Shown here one piece after another: positions 41,835-55,769 of a DNA stretch of 64,000 nucleotides. Position numbers and translations under genes: made by a program. The notes below the pieces were generated by a model. It did not search any database. It saw only the letters and a program-made list of their open reading frames with translations, and was not told where the DNA came from. The stretch is from Vicugna vicugna. Taxonomy: Eukaryota. How positions within the stretch are numbered: the stretch's first letter is position 1; every line of letters starts with the position of its first letter. The DNA is taken from the NCBI GenBank assembly GCA_013265495.1, contig MU058213.1, forward strand, positions 1,860,001-1,924,000. Direction: 5' to 3'.

Positions 41835-42315
41835 GTCTCAGCTTTATTGAGGTATAGGTGACAAAACTGAAAGATATTTAATGTGGACATTCTGATGATC
41901 TTATATACCTATACATAGTGAAAGGATTCTACCATCTAATTAATTAACACAACCATCACCTCAGGTATTTATCCTTGTATTTCTTTTTGCTTTCTTTTTT
42001 TAATGAGAACATTTAAGTTCCACTCTCTTAGCAAATTTCAATTACAAAATAAAGTGTTATCAACTATAGTCATTATTATACATTAGCTCTTCAGTCCTTA
42101 TTCATCTTTGAAAGATTGTACTCTTTTACCAATCTCTCCCTATCTGTCCCCAAATTGCCCCAGCCCTTGGTAACCACTTTTCTACTGTTCCTATGAGCTT
42201 GACCTTTCTTTTTAAGATTCCACATATAAGTGATATTAAGCAGTATTTGCCTTTTTCTGTCTTATTTCACTTGGCCTAATACTCTCAGAGTCCATCCATG
42301 TTGTCCCAAATGGGT
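41835..42315 (-). mobile_element. L1MA-type 3' end fragment
   Basis: cagctttattgaggtataggtgacaaaa...tcttagcaaatttcaattacaaaat...agattccacatataagtgata...cttatttcacttggcctaat. Confidence 0.85.
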
Positions 42316-42369
42316 ATATTATAACATTTATTATCATTTTATATTAAGAGCAACAAACAGTAGGTTAAA

Positions 42370-42620
42370 AAGTAACATACATATATCTCATGCCAGTCAC
42401 TGCACTAAGCTTTTCCTTATACATTGTTTTTTTCATGTAGTTCTCAAAGCAATGCTGTTTTTCCCATTTTACACATAAGCAACTTGAGACTAGGAGGGGT
42501 TGAATAAACTGGTTAAGGTCAGGTAGCTCATTAGTAGTAGAACATCCAGGAATCAGAACTACCTGTGTTTGACTACAGAACTTAAATCTCTTTCTGTATT
42601 GAATTCTGCAGCTTTTCTCC
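42370..42620 (-). mobile_element. MIR SINE
   Basis: cccattttacacataagcaacttgagactaggagg...aaggtcaggtagctcattagtagtagaac. Confidence 0.7.
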
Positions 42621-42649
42621 ACCTATGAAAGTTTTAACTGTCACCTGTT

Positions 42650-42651
<2 letters not shown>

Positions 42652-42694
<43 letters not shown>
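42652..42694. repeat. (CA)n microsatellite
   Basis: About 21 uninterrupted CA units. Confidence 0.95.
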
Positions 42695-42695
<1 letters not shown>

Positions 42696-42744
42696 GTCTC
42701 ACTATTTTTTGGTTCCTGGCTTTGGCTTAGGCTCCAGAATGATG

Positions 42745-42905
42745 AGTAGACTTCAAACTTTAGCATGAATTAGAATCATCTGAGGAGATTGTTAAGCTAC
42801 AGGCTGCTGATTCAGTAGGCCTTGGGTGGGGCACCAAGAATTTGTAGTTCTAAAGGACTCCCAGGTGATGCTGATGCTGCTGGTCTGTGCTTTAAGACTC
42901 ATGAG
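42745..42905. mobile_element. MER5A (hAT-Charlie)
   Basis: ttcaaactttagcatgaattagaatcatctgagg...tgattcagtagg...cccaggtgatgctgatgctgctggtc. Confidence 0.85.
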
Positions 42906-45177
42906 GCTGCAGTAATTATAATGGATCTTACTGTTACCTGTGTTCATTATGAGCTTCCTCAAATCATTTATGTAAATAGAAAAGGGTACGCATAAATAAA
43001 AAAAAGGCTCGAAAGGAAGGGGGATGATGATATATAAACTTTGTTAATTAGAATTGATAATAAAATAAAACTTCAAGTAAGAAGTGATTGCCTAGCCTCT
43101 GCTGCAAGTACCTTCCCAAGAGATAAATGGACTTCAGCACTCTTTTCTATACAAAGCTAAAATTAGACTTGGTGTTTGATGGCAGGCAATGCAAGTATTC
43201 TAAAAGTCAAAGAAACTTACATTATGACATTGTTTAGAAAATAAATGGGCAATTATGAACAATTTTAAGGTCTTCCATGCTTTTGTGTTCCCTAAGTTAC
43301 TTAAATCATATCAAGATACATTTAATTTTTCCGTAAGATGTTTTGTTTGAAGTTATAAATTATAGAGTCTGAAACAAAAAGTAAGGGAATATTGTTGAGT
43401 TTATCTCAGTGATTTATGCTTTTAGTGCAATTTTGACAATTTAAGATATATACTTGGTTTTTCTTCATCACTTTTTGAAAAAAGAAATTCCCGTGCAACA
43501 GAATGGTAGCTAGGAAGATGCCTCTAATTATTTGTGTTGGATCTCATTCTGAATCTCAAATGAGATTCAGAAAATAGTATTTATGTGGACTCGTTTCAGC
43601 AAAGACACATCTGCAGGACTTAATGATTTAAAGTTAACAAGCACACTAATTTATTAAATTGGAAATTAGGCATAGAAAATGTGAGATTATTTTAACAGCC
43701 TCTTTCTTCCTGGCCTGAGTAAAGTTTAAAGGAAACAAATTGGCATCTTTCACTTACAACTTCCGTGACACATTTACCTCATTGCAACTATTAAAGAAAA
43801 ATAAGATCTGCCTGTTATAACAAAGTATTCTTTAGATATTCATTATCACCCAGGTGTGAGTTGGAGCTGTTTGATCTAGTAATGGGAATGTCAGCTGGAA
43901 CACAATTTTTAAGTTTTTTTTTTTAAATGTGAAATACTGTTCCTGCAGAAAGTTGGTTGGATGACATAAAGAGCACCGGCTTGCCTATCACACTGATTAC
44001 TTGATGTAATAGTAAGCAAGCTTAAGTGAACTGTGTGTCTTCAATCTTTCCAATCACTTAGGGATGGGCATCAGAGCTAGCCATCCATCATCCCTGGCCT
44101 GAAACATACGGTGCATCAGCAATCTTGGGCTGACCTAAATGATAGTAAAAGCCGCTATGCTGTTCACAATAAGAAATTGTTGTCCACTGAATTACAGGTT
44201 TGTGATTAGATTGCTAACATGGCCAACTTGATGTATAAGTGAAGTGTCCAGGGAAGATATTCTTTAGGATCTTCTGAAGATTAATTTATACCCTTGAAAT
44301 GTAGACCAATCACGAGTCAAAAAATATATCAAGGTATTTTTCTTGTAAACCCAGCTGTTACAACAGTCATTAATTTATTTCTGGCACCTTTATCTGCAAC
44401 AGAATTTAATAAACCAGGTGTCTAAAAGCTATCATCTTAGCATGACTAGAATTGTCCAATATGATAATTATTTTTTGAAGTCAAGTTTACATGGGGAACA
44501 GTTATATACTATTGTGAATATAAACCCCAAGTGTCTAATTCTTCATAATTTAAATTTTTACATTAAAAATTAAATCTTTGCAAATGCCTATTAAAATTTC
44601 TAGTTGTATGCTATGCTCTTATATCTCAGAACTGTCTAAAGATATCATGCAGATCACCTGATAGACATGCTATTTATTATGTATTTCCTTTGCTTCCTTT
44701 CCTAAGATTAAAAGAATTAGAATTTAGAATTCAACCTTAAAGAAAGTATTCCCAGGTCAACTACACAGCTGAAAAGAAGGCTGACAAAGGAAATAGGTAG
44801 CCTGGCTTTCACGCCAGGTTCTGTGTCTAAATGTGCTGTATGGCCTTAGAGAAGCTGCTCTTACCATCAGGTTCTGTATTTGGTATTGTAAGAATGATAT
44901 TTGATGGTCTAGCCAAAGACCTAGTCAGGAGGATGACATTCATTCCTTTAACATTCACTGAATACCCCTTTAGTCCAACCCCTGTGCCAGGTGGATAGAA
45001 TGATAAAGACACAAGCCCTGCTGACAGCCTAGTGGAAGGAGACAGACAAGAAAACAGGCAAGTTCAATAGAAAGCTTATGGTGCAGAAAAACCAGCTGGG
45101 CACTTACAAAATATGAAAATTCTGGGAATCCATGAGCCTTGATTCTGAGTCAACACTGGGCTCAGATACATACTGGG

Positions 45178-45520
45178 TTTTTGTTTGTTTGTTTGTTTGT
45201 TTGTTTGTTTAGGAGAAAAATTTTTAATAGGGAAAAATTCAAACATACACAAAACCAGAGAGAGGAGTCTGATGATCCCCATATGCCCATTACCCAATTA
45301 TGGCAATCATTAATGCATGGCCACTCTTGTTTTATCCACACCAGCACATATTCTTCTATTATTTTTAAGCAAATCTTCGATATTTTTATCCATGAATATT
45401 TTAGTGTGAATTTATAAATTTATATATTATAAGGGCTCATTAAAAATAAATACAATATCATTACCACACTGAAAAAAATAACAGTTATTTCTGAATATCA
45501 ACAAATATCAGGTCAGTGAG
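45178..45520 (-). mobile_element. Old L1M 3' end with a (GTTT)n tail
   Basis: (gttt)n followed by aaaattcaaacatacacaaaaccagagagag...cccatatgcccattaccca, typical of L1MC/MD 3' UTR. Confidence 0.7.
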
Positions 45521-45874
45521 ATGGCTTTTCTTTTTTATATACATACCTTTTTAGCATGTACTTAGATAATCAATAGTCTACAACAGAATTTCCCAAGAGC
45601 AAGGAGTTAAATGCTGGGTGCTTTGGGGTATATAGGAAAAACATTTGAGTCAATCCTAAAAGCCCAGAAAAGGTTTCGGAATAAAGTAGAGAAGTCGAAA
45701 CTTCACAGTCGTAAACTAAGCACAATGGAGAGAGGAGAGAGGATAGTTTCCGGCAAGGAAACTGCATGAGAAAGAGAGCGCGTGGGGAGGCAGCTTTCTT
45801 TAGAAAACTCAAGAGGCCAAAAGAAAAGATGCATTTGAAGAAGTGGGAAGGAGCCTATCATAAAGGATATATGT

Positions 45875-46480
45875 TTCTATTTTTAATAATTTATTTTTGA
45901 ACATATACGCAAGGGACAAAATGTGTAAAAATGATTTACAATGAAATGTTTTCCCTCCATCTTTTCCCCAGCTACTCATTTCTGTTTCTGGAAAGAAAAC
46001 TTCATTAACAGTTTCTTGTGTGTCTTTCTATAGATATTGAATGTAATATTCAATTGCTATTGAACAGTATATAATATTGTATTAGTATATATTCCTAACA
46101 CCCTGTCCCAATAAATTAAAAGAATAAGTTATACTATGCACCTTGCTTTTTGACATAACATATTTTGGAGATTTGGCCATATCTGATTTGTTATAAACAC
46201 TACATATAGTATTTCATTATATACATACACTGATTTATTTTACCATTCACCTACTGATGGACAATTAGCTTATTTCTAACCTTTTACAAGAAATATTGTA
46301 AAGAATAAACTTGAACCTAAGTAATTTCAAACATGTGCATCTTTGGCTGAATTCCAAGAAACAGAATTTTGGAGTTAAGGGGTATTTGCATTTAACATGT
46401 TAGTAGACTTTGCCAAATTGTTCTCCAAAGGAGTGTACTAATTTGCAATCCCATTTGCAAGGTCTGAGAGGACTGTTTCC
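45875..46480 (-). mobile_element. Old L1ME fragment
   Basis: atagtatttcattatatac...ttaccattcacctactgatggaca...ttgccaaattgttctccaaagg...atttgcaatccc. Confidence 0.75.
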
Positions 46481-46489
46481 TTACTCTAC

Positions 46490-47400
46490 AAAAAGAAGTT
46501 TGGCCTTTATCTTAAGAACACTGGGGAGTAAATCAAGGGGTTTAGGAGGAGGAATGACCTGATTAAGCTTATTTTAGAAAGATATGCCTCCCACTGCTAT
46601 GTGGAAAATGAATGGTTTGGAGTAGGTAAGACCAGAAGCAAGAAGGGTGGTTAGAAAGCTTTGCATCAGTTAGCCAGTTGCAAAGGAAGCTTTGCAACAG
46701 ATAAGCCAGTATCTATCATATGGAAGGACAAAGATCTTTATTGAGCATCTATTATATGCCAGACTCTGGTGTTAACTGTGTTATCTCATTTATTACTTAC
46801 AGCAACACTGATGGACAGCTGTTGTTATTTCTGTTCAGACAAAAAAAATAAGAATAAAGCTGAGGCCCATAAGTTAATTAGTTTGTCCATGTTTATGTAG
46901 GTAGTACATAGCAAAACTGAGATTCAAATACAGGCCAGTATTAGTTCAAAGCAAGTGCTTTTAACAATTATAAAATCCTGTTTAGAATGGAGAAAATGCA
47001 ATTGGGATTTATCAAAGAGGTAGAATTGACAGAATTTGGCCACTGATTGTATGCAGGTCATAAAGAAAAGGAACAGATTAGCATTGTCTGCAGAGACTGG
47101 GAACCCCAAAACACGTAAAATTGGAAAGCAGAGGGTGGAGTAGGGCATGAATTTGATTTTCCATGGGAGGTGAGGTAGAGGCTGTCTCTAGCGTCTGAGA
47201 AGCAGGAGAGCTGTCTGGTCTGGACATGTGGTGGAGAGCATCATCAGCACACATACAGCCACTCTGCTGGGGAGTCACCAGAAGGGATGAGCTCACCCAG
47301 GGAGCGACATTTAAGGAACAGGACAAAGATAAGGAGAACTTGAAAGAGACTAAGAAGGAACCAAGAGATAAGAAGAAAGGAAGGAAAGGAAAACTAAAAG
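46490..47400 (-). mobile_element. L2 with an inserted MIR (~46735-46975)
   Basis: gtttggcctttatcttaagaacactgggg...ttttagaaagatatg; MIR ttgagcatctattatatgccagactctg...gctgaggccc. Confidence 0.65.
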
Positions 47401-49844
47401 AAAATGTTAGCCCCAAGCCAAATAAAAACACACTAACACAAAAACACTTGGAATTATTTTACAAGTAAATTATTGATATTCTTTCCCCCTCTTATTTCTA
47501 ACCTCTCTCATATATTATGAAAGTAATGTTCATGAAATATTTCCAAATACAAGGGAAGAATAGGTTACTAACACACCCCACCAGTACGGTCTTGCAGAGG
47601 TGACAGTCCAGGGGAAAATTGCTTTCCCTAAGCTGGCTGAGAGTCCTGATACATTTCTTTAAAGCTCTAATAACCATGCAGAAAAGTGTCAAATTGAGGA
47701 TTTAAAGCCAAAGGCTGTAGTCCCAGGAGAGTGTCTGGGAGTGATTCCTATGTACCTGACATAACTCAGAAGCAGGAGAGTCGCACTCAATGGCTAGGAG
47801 AATTCTCCTGCACCACATCGTATAAATCTATGGAGGGCTACCTGAAGGTTTATGTGAGCTGTGTGTCCAACACGTGTTAGAAAATCAGTCTCGTTATATT
47901 TTCCCTGTAAATCCTTCCAGGAGTCCTCTAGGTTTAAGGGGGACCTTCACATTTGGAATCGAGAAATGAGTATAGATTTTCTGTGACTGCCTGGATTGTG
48001 TAATATGCAGTTCACACGATATATTTGAGGGAAGAATATGTAGGTGCTGTCAGTCAATTGATGGATTCAGTCTCAAGAAGTTCCAACCTGCCCACTATCT
48101 CTAACTCCCTCCTAAGGAAAAAATAAAAAAAGAGCTCTTTTCAAAGTGGGTACATTCTCTGAAAGTGGCTGAACAATCTCTGTAGCATATCTAGTGTGCT
48201 GCATGACCTGGAGAGATGAGACTGATTTTCTCATCTAACAGTTTATAAAAACCATTTTGTAAATTATAGACAGTATCTCCTATGTTAGCAAATCATATTC
48301 CACTTCTGGATACACCAAAGCTGAAAATTTATTATTGGACTGAAATATAGAATCTAAACACTTTTTTAGATTTTTAAGCTAATCTTTATAGGAACAGAAA
48401 TCCTGAAAATTATGTAAATAAAATTGTAATATTATTAAAATATTCTGAAAAAACAAATGTCTAGTATATACTATTAATACTTAAGTGAAATTAATAGCTT
48501 AATTTTAATAAATATTTTAAATTATTAAACCAGATTTTATACTTTATTAATAGAAAAAACACTGAAATAATTATTTCTAAGCTTTATTGGGAACTTTTTA
48601 ATTTAATATTCCTCCATTCTATCAAGTTTTCTCTTCAACATCAGTTGCTCATTATCCTGAACATAACAAATACAGTCACCTTAAACAAAAAAAAAAGAAA
48701 AATTACTGATTAGTTAGGATGTTCCAAATCAAGCTTTGATTTTAGACATTTTTTCTCCTAAGTTTATTTTAAGTAAACTCTACTTAATTTTCTAAATATT
48801 AGTTGATGAATATCTAATTTTTATAAATAGGTGGGCTTATTTATATCAGATGCAAAAAATTCTTTATCATTTAATTTGTGAATCACATATGTGGAAGCAG
48901 CAAGTTTATTGTTTATTTACTCCATTCATTCATTCATTCATTCATTTTGGTGCTGAAAACTTGGAACAAACAGCAGCAGCATTAATGAGCAGTTCCTCTG
49001 AAGCTTTTTTCCCCAATTTTCTATCCACTACTGGTCCAATTATAGATGACCAGGGTCACAGTTACATGACCAGTAGCTCATGCATCTGCACTATGGGTAC
49101 AGGTTCTCTGAAAGGTCATGGAGAAGGCTGTGGGAGAGGGAAGCATTAACCAGACGGGCACCCTGAGAGTTGTCTACTGTAATACTATTGAAGCATGTGT
49201 CTTTTGGCTGAAACAGAGTATTAAATACAGAGCCAAGACTGATATCATCATAGAATAGTCACTCTGAATCACTAGTCACGCAGATTTCATATATCAGGAA
49301 TTCCATCTAATATCTGTGCTTTGGCTTATGAGGCATTCATTCACGTCCACAAGACCAGATGTAGAATGTAAGTACTGCAAGACATGAGCCACCTGGACAG
49401 CTTTAAATAGGTACAGTTGTTGTAGCTTTAATTAAGCCTCTCCTCTCACAGTACTCAGGTTTGCTCTCACAAGAGTAATGACCTCATTTATCATGCCCAC
49501 CTAGGGTGTCATTATGTGAGTGAGGAAATACAATTCGCATTGTTTCATATGTTTTTTCACTTTTTGTTTCCGTTTATCTTTGCATTAATGGTGAATTATG
49601 AAAAAAATGGACTATAAAAACAATGGACATGTAAAGTAGATGGTCTTTGTGGTTTTCAGCGAAAGGTATGCAAAGGTGATTCACACTCCACAACTCAGTA
49701 GCAGTGGGCTGGTCTTTCACTAAGGACGGCATGTTTTTGTAGATACACTCTCTTTTTCTATTTCTTCTTATGATCTCTTTCTCTCACACTGAAAGCTTAA
49801 ATTTAAAAAAAATCTTACTAATATAAAAAAGGAGAAGCATTTCA

Positions 49845-49945
49845 TAATCGAGAGCCAGGCAAAGAATTGTTAGTTAGACTTGACTCCAAAAGCACAACCC
49901 ACAAAAGAAAAAATTGATAAATTGGACTTCATCAAAACTATTTTT
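49845..49945 (+). mobile_element. Short L1 ORF2 fragment
   Basis: gactccaaaagcacaacccacaaaagaaaaaattgataaattggacttcatcaaaa, corresponding to TPKAQ..KEKIDKLDFIK. Confidence 0.8.
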
Positions 49946-49969
49946 TTTTCTCTGAGAGAAAATGGGGAC

Positions 49970-50170
49970 ACTGCTGCAAGAAACCCTTGACCTTTCTCTG
50001 GGGATTGCCCTCAGCAAACAGGGGCCAACTTGACAGAGATGCCTGGGAAGTTGCATACCTCCCTGGGGTGTCCTGCAGGTGATGATGATGACGGACTAAT
50101 ACTGGGGCAAACAAACAAATAAACCCACGTCTTCTGTCACTATCCATGCTGTGCTCCAGGTGTTGCCCTT
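49970..50170 (+). mobile_element. Probable LTR16-like fragment
   Basis: gcctgggaagttgcatacctccctgggg...gatgacggac resembles the recalled LTR16C/E interior. Confidence 0.35.
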
Positions 50171-53100
50171 CTGGAAAAACTCCTTCCCCTCATCAGCATC
50201 AGCAGCAATTATGGCTCCTTTTTAGAAAACCACATTTTCTATCATTTCACCACAAATAGGAATTTTCCACAGTGATTGGGTTTTTTATTAATTGGAAATC
50301 CAACTAAAGGAAAGCACTTTACGTTGCTATATCGAATACCAGCACCTTTAGAGTTGGGGGTAGAAGTGGCACATTTTCCATCAGGAGATTCTCTCTGATG
50401 GTCAAAGATTCCAACAGTGCCAATCAACTCTGATAGCAAATACTACGTTAAGAAACTCCTTATCTTTTTTCTGTGACATTCAAACATCAACTGAGTTAAC
50501 TTTGTTCCTCTTTTGCTAAGTACCTCATTTGGTCCAAGTGATACCCTCCAAAGTGTGTATGCGAGTGTGTGTGTGCCAAAGGAAATTCCACATTGTCCAC
50601 GTTTTGTATTAATTCACAATTGTATACACTTATTCATACAATACATGCACCTTTTTTTTCTAATATCCTAAAAATGTTGCAGTCTCATCCTCTCTATATT
50701 TAGAGGCTAGGATTTTTCTGATTCACTTTGGCCTTTGACTTTCTGAACAAGGTCATTTGATGAACTACTTTTCATGATTCTTTCTTGTAATTTTAACTCC
50801 TTTATCAATTTGAACATCAACTGTTTCATTTGCATTTTCTATTTGTTAATATCATAGTTTTGTATTCATTTCTATTTCTTTAACTGAATGATGTATGCTA
50901 GGATATTTAGCAGATGCTCTTAAATGCCAACTGGAAACTTCTTAGTCCTTTATAATGCATAAGTCAGTTGCAAGGATATCCCCCAGAATGAAAATTTGAC
51001 GATCTAATGAAAGACTACCCATTTCTACTGTCTTTAATCATATATATATCTCAATGTGACACACAGTCTTCTGCATACAAGGCAGTATTTGTTTCAGTCC
51101 TATATCACAGTGTAATGCTTCTGAAGATATTTTAAGTCAATTAAAAATTTGAACTTAATTTAATATTTAGCAATACTACTACTGCAAGTAATTCAACAAA
51201 GGTAAAAATTGAATGAAGAGATGCCTTCTACACATGACTAAGTTCATACATAGGCAGTGACACTCATTTTTTTGTGTGACTGACAACTGTTTTTAACTTA
51301 GACTAATACTTTCATTCAACAAATATTTATTTACAGCCTAACATTAGCAAGCGTTGACTTAGGTACCAAGGAAATAGGGTGAGTAATACAGATAAAAATC
51401 TTTGCTCTCATTGAGCCTATGTTCTTCAATTATAGGAGGCACCAGATTTCACAAATGATAAAACATAGAGAAATATATAAAATATGTATCTCAGAATAGA
51501 GAAAAAAGTTGATGTACCTTTAAGGTCTTTCAGATATTCTAATTTGACTGTTTTTTAATGACTTTAATTTTTATTAAAACTTCTCCTGAAGAGACTGCTT
51601 CAGTATTCACATATTTTTCTTAAAATGATGGATCTTTCATTGTATAATTTCTAGTACAAAATATTGTGGTTTTATATAACAAATGATATAAAACCCAGGC
51701 CTTTTCTTCTTCATTTTTTTTATAAAACAAATGAACACAGAATTTCCATAGGATACATGCCATTTATTTTCTCTGTACTCAGATATGGAAAAGTATATAT
51801 GGGGAGGGAGAAACAAGTATATAGGTATTCATGATGGTGGAGCTGGGTAGAATTAAGCAATTCAAACATCAAACCCTCACTTCAAAGCCAGGAAAGCTTC
51901 CAACAGACACAGTATATATACACACACACACACAATATAAATATATATATATTTAAAGTATATGTGCATATGTAATTTATATATGTCATGCTTTGATACA
52001 TATTTCAAAAAGCAATATAGGGAAATTAACAGTGGATTTTTTTCAAGTGAGTGCTAACATATCATATGTTCCAAATTCAACAGGAAAATCACTACTAATT
52101 GTATTTGAAAATTGCCAAGTGAGCATGTACTTTTATGTGTAAATGTGGACTTAATCTTTGATTTTCATGGGGAGTGATTCATGGCCAGTTTCTACAATAT
52201 GCCAAGGAGATGCTCTATATCTGGGTACTGACACTTTATGTATTAGTCTATAATCAATACTATTTGCTGCATACTCTGTCACTGAAATAAAACCATGATT
52301 GTTTTGCAGATAAAGTTTTAATTACTAACACAAACATCTTCATTTTAAAATGTGGTAATCCTGTATATCCCCTAACACAACTTTATTACCAGGTATAAAA
52401 ATCAACTTAGGGTTTAAAAGTCTTAAAACATTGATATTTGAAAGGCACAATCTGTGCCTCTGTATTGTTTTTTGAATGCAAACATGTCATGTATCTTAGG
52501 AGGGGAGTCTGAACTCAGTTTTCTCATCTGTAAGGTGATGTTCCTAGCTCACAAAGTTGTCACCAAAATTAAGTTAGATAATGTGTGCAAAGCACACAGA
52601 ATTTTGGGGTTGCTGCTAAAATTGCAGAATGAAAAAATTTTGAATTTGAATATCAGTGCCTATAATTGGATTGATACTAACCTGTACATTTCAATAACTG
52701 CTGTCAACACCCATTACACACAAATATTTAATTGCTAATGTTAAGTCTATGCAGTCGTTTAGCTCATTCAGCTATCTCAGAGGGGAGAACTGGTAGCCAA
52801 GAACTTCTGTAAGATTGTAAGAAGACACCTCTGAAGCCATTGAGACAGTTGGTCTCCCTGCTTTGGTCCTTTCGATCTTTGCTCCATCTACCATACCAAG
52901 AAACATCTAAATTATAAACCTGAAAACCTCCTAACATCTACAAGAAGGCACACAAAACTGGCCTCACCCCAACTTTGAACCTGTTCCATTCACCCATGAG
53001 ACTGCACTCTAACTACACTCCTAAAATAGCCCTTATGACATTGACGTTGCATTATTGTTAGCTCATCAGGGATCTAACCCTTTCTAGATTGTGTACCAAG

Positions 53101-53599
53101 GACTGTACCTCAAAGAACAAATCAACCAGTGCACGTCTCCCCACATCTCCCAAGATAACCACACTTGAAAGGAGTCCTCATTGTTAAGCAGATTTTCTTC
53201 TTTCACAGATCCTTTTGAAATTAAATTTTAGGAATGTTCAGAAAAGAGAAGTAAGGTATAGTGCTCCAGCTCCTCAGCTTCTCTTAGCTTTCTAGAAGCA
53301 GGTGGGCTCATTGAAGCCACTACCATGGCCCTAAGCAAAGGACACAATTTAAGATATTCCTTGTCTCTTACTCCTTTTTGTATATATGGTAACTTGTGCA
53401 GTGCTTATTGCTTATTAGGTAAAATTTTGATGCCTGTTAAATGATAATTCCTGTCCTCTTCCCATCCTCCCTCAAGCTTACACATACACACACAGAGAAT
53501 TTTTCAAGCTCAAGTTACCTCATCGTGGTGCTGAGTAAGTCAAAACGTCAGTTCCTGTAAGAACCTAGTGAAAATTGAATAAAGCAGGTTTGGTGAGTG

Positions 53600-53865
53600 C
53601 TAAGATGACCTGGAGAGCACACACTCACTCTGAAAAACTTCTCTGACATAACCACCTGCTGCCACTCAGCTCCATCCTATTCTTATTGCACTAAGATGAC
53701 AGCTTAGTGTAGCATCTCTTCCTATTTTTCATGAGAAGCCAGGAATCCAGACTATTTTGTGAAATCTCCTGGTTTTTAAATGTTGGCAATTGAGTTTTTC
53801 CCCCCACAAAGTACTGTCTAAATCAAACAGAATATACACACAGGGGATCAGTGTGCACCTTGCTG
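53600..53865 (+). mobile_element. MER102-like hAT fragment
   Basis: tttttcatgagaagccaggaatccagac...gtgaaatctcctggtttttaaatgttggcaa. Confidence 0.65.
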
Positions 53866-55009
53866 TAGAGCTCTAACACTTGGCCATCTCTAGACATCAC
53901 TACGGTGCATCTGAGCTTGCAAAGGTCCCCTGCTCCTTCGGATAGACCAAGATGCTACGTGTAAGTACCCAGGCTCTTCATGGCTGAGCTCCAGTTTGCT
54001 GCCTCTTCTTATGTAAGAAGTCTGGTCAGTACTTGACTCATAAAATTATGGCTCTCATCTTAATCAGCAAAGAAGAATTTCTGCACTGTAAAATCTTATT
54101 AAGGGAATTTGATTGCAAATTGAATGTGGTCCAGCACCTTTCCAAAGCTCATTTAAGATATTTGATATTTGAGAGAAAAAGCCTAAATGAGTCTGTTAAC
54201 TATCCATTTACCTACACTATTCCAAATTCTATCCCTGTGCTCTCAGACCATTAGAAAATAATGTCTTGGACCACATTATCTCAGTCAATCAAAGACCTGG
54301 CTTCTGAGATATGGCTCAATATCATGTTCCTTGATTTTATAGGTGGCTGATATAAAAAAGTGTCAAATTTAAGAGCATTTTTTGTACATTTTGGAAGACT
54401 GGCTGGAGGTATATTGTACTGTGTGACTTAATACTGCTTTATATTGGAACTCATGTGATAAATTCTGGGAAAAATGGTTCCAGGAAAGGATGTTTATCCT
54501 CACAGATGCATCTATATATGATACCTTGATCAGAAACAATTTCTTTTCTTTAGTTGCCAGGCCAAACTTCAAAAAATACATTAAGTGACAATAAGAATCC
54601 AAGATTTACTTCTGAGTTTTGAAGCGCTTACTCACTCCCCCACCACCTGCCCCCATTATTTGTCCACTAATGTTAACATTGGTTTTAGGTTTTAGGTAAC
54701 TGGGAATAAGCCAGTTATAACAGTTTGTTTTTATTCAAGTGATTTTATTCTTGGTCATCAATATTTTTAAATTTACTTACTCCATTTTTATAACATTATT
54801 GTTCTCTGCTCTTTTATTTATAGATACAATTTTTAAAATTTAATACAGAGAATTTCATTTATATAATAGATTCTGGTGGGCATCGGCTCCTAAAACACCT
54901 TCTTTATTACCTATAACAGGGCCTGAAAATTTAACTTGGAAGTACATTAATTGTGGTTTTAAACACATATTATAATTCCAGAATTCTTGGAGTTCCTAGA
55001 TTTGTCACC

Positions 55010-55565
55010 TATTTGCTTATTAAATATTTATCAAGTATCTGCAGGGTACCTGGCACTGATCTAGGCATTAGGGACATAATAGTGAGCAAGTTATATTCCT
55101 TTCCTACCATGAGCTCACAGTTTCATGAGGAAGCAGACAAGGAACCAAGCAATGACAATACAGGGTTGTCAGTATTGTGACAAAAGTACAGAATAGGACA
55201 CCTAGCCTATTTGGGGGAACAGAGAGGGCACTAGAGGATGTAACATTCAATTTGGGTCATAAAGTTCTCAAGCAATGGTGGGAGAGGGAAAAGGTTTTCA
55301 CATAGGGGCTGTAGATTCCACAAAGCTGTCCTTTTCACTGTTGTATCCTCAGGGCTTTGCTCACTGTTTGGCTCACTGAAGATGCTCAAAAATTAAAAAA
55401 AAAAAAGGTGATGGAATATCATATGTGAAGGCTGAGAGCCAGATGGGGCTAGATAGTTCCTTTGAAGGAAACAAAAGGGCTTAGTCTGGCTGAATTGTAG
55501 GGTTCAAGGTGGGTAGGAAGGGACAAGATGAGACTAGAGGGGAATCTAGTGGCTTTGTGAATCAT
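55010..55565 (-). mobile_element. L2 fragments flanking the lower-coordinate side of the NLR relic
   Basis: aaatatttatcaagtatctgcagggtacctggcactgatctaggcattagggacata...agtctggctgaattgtag...gatgagactagagg. Confidence 0.65.
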
Positions 55566-55769
55566 TCAAATAATACACACTTTATCTGAAGAGAAAAGGG
55601 AAGACATGTGTGCTTAAAGAAAAGGGCAAACAAAAACAAACAAACAGAATTCCCTCCTCCTGAAGTAGCTAGTCCGCAGCTGGCAGTGCAGTTGTCGCTG
55701 CGGCCAGGCGCCCGGGGTGAAGAGGTAGAGGAATGAGATGGCCTGCAGGCCTCGCCTCTGCCTGCCGCC

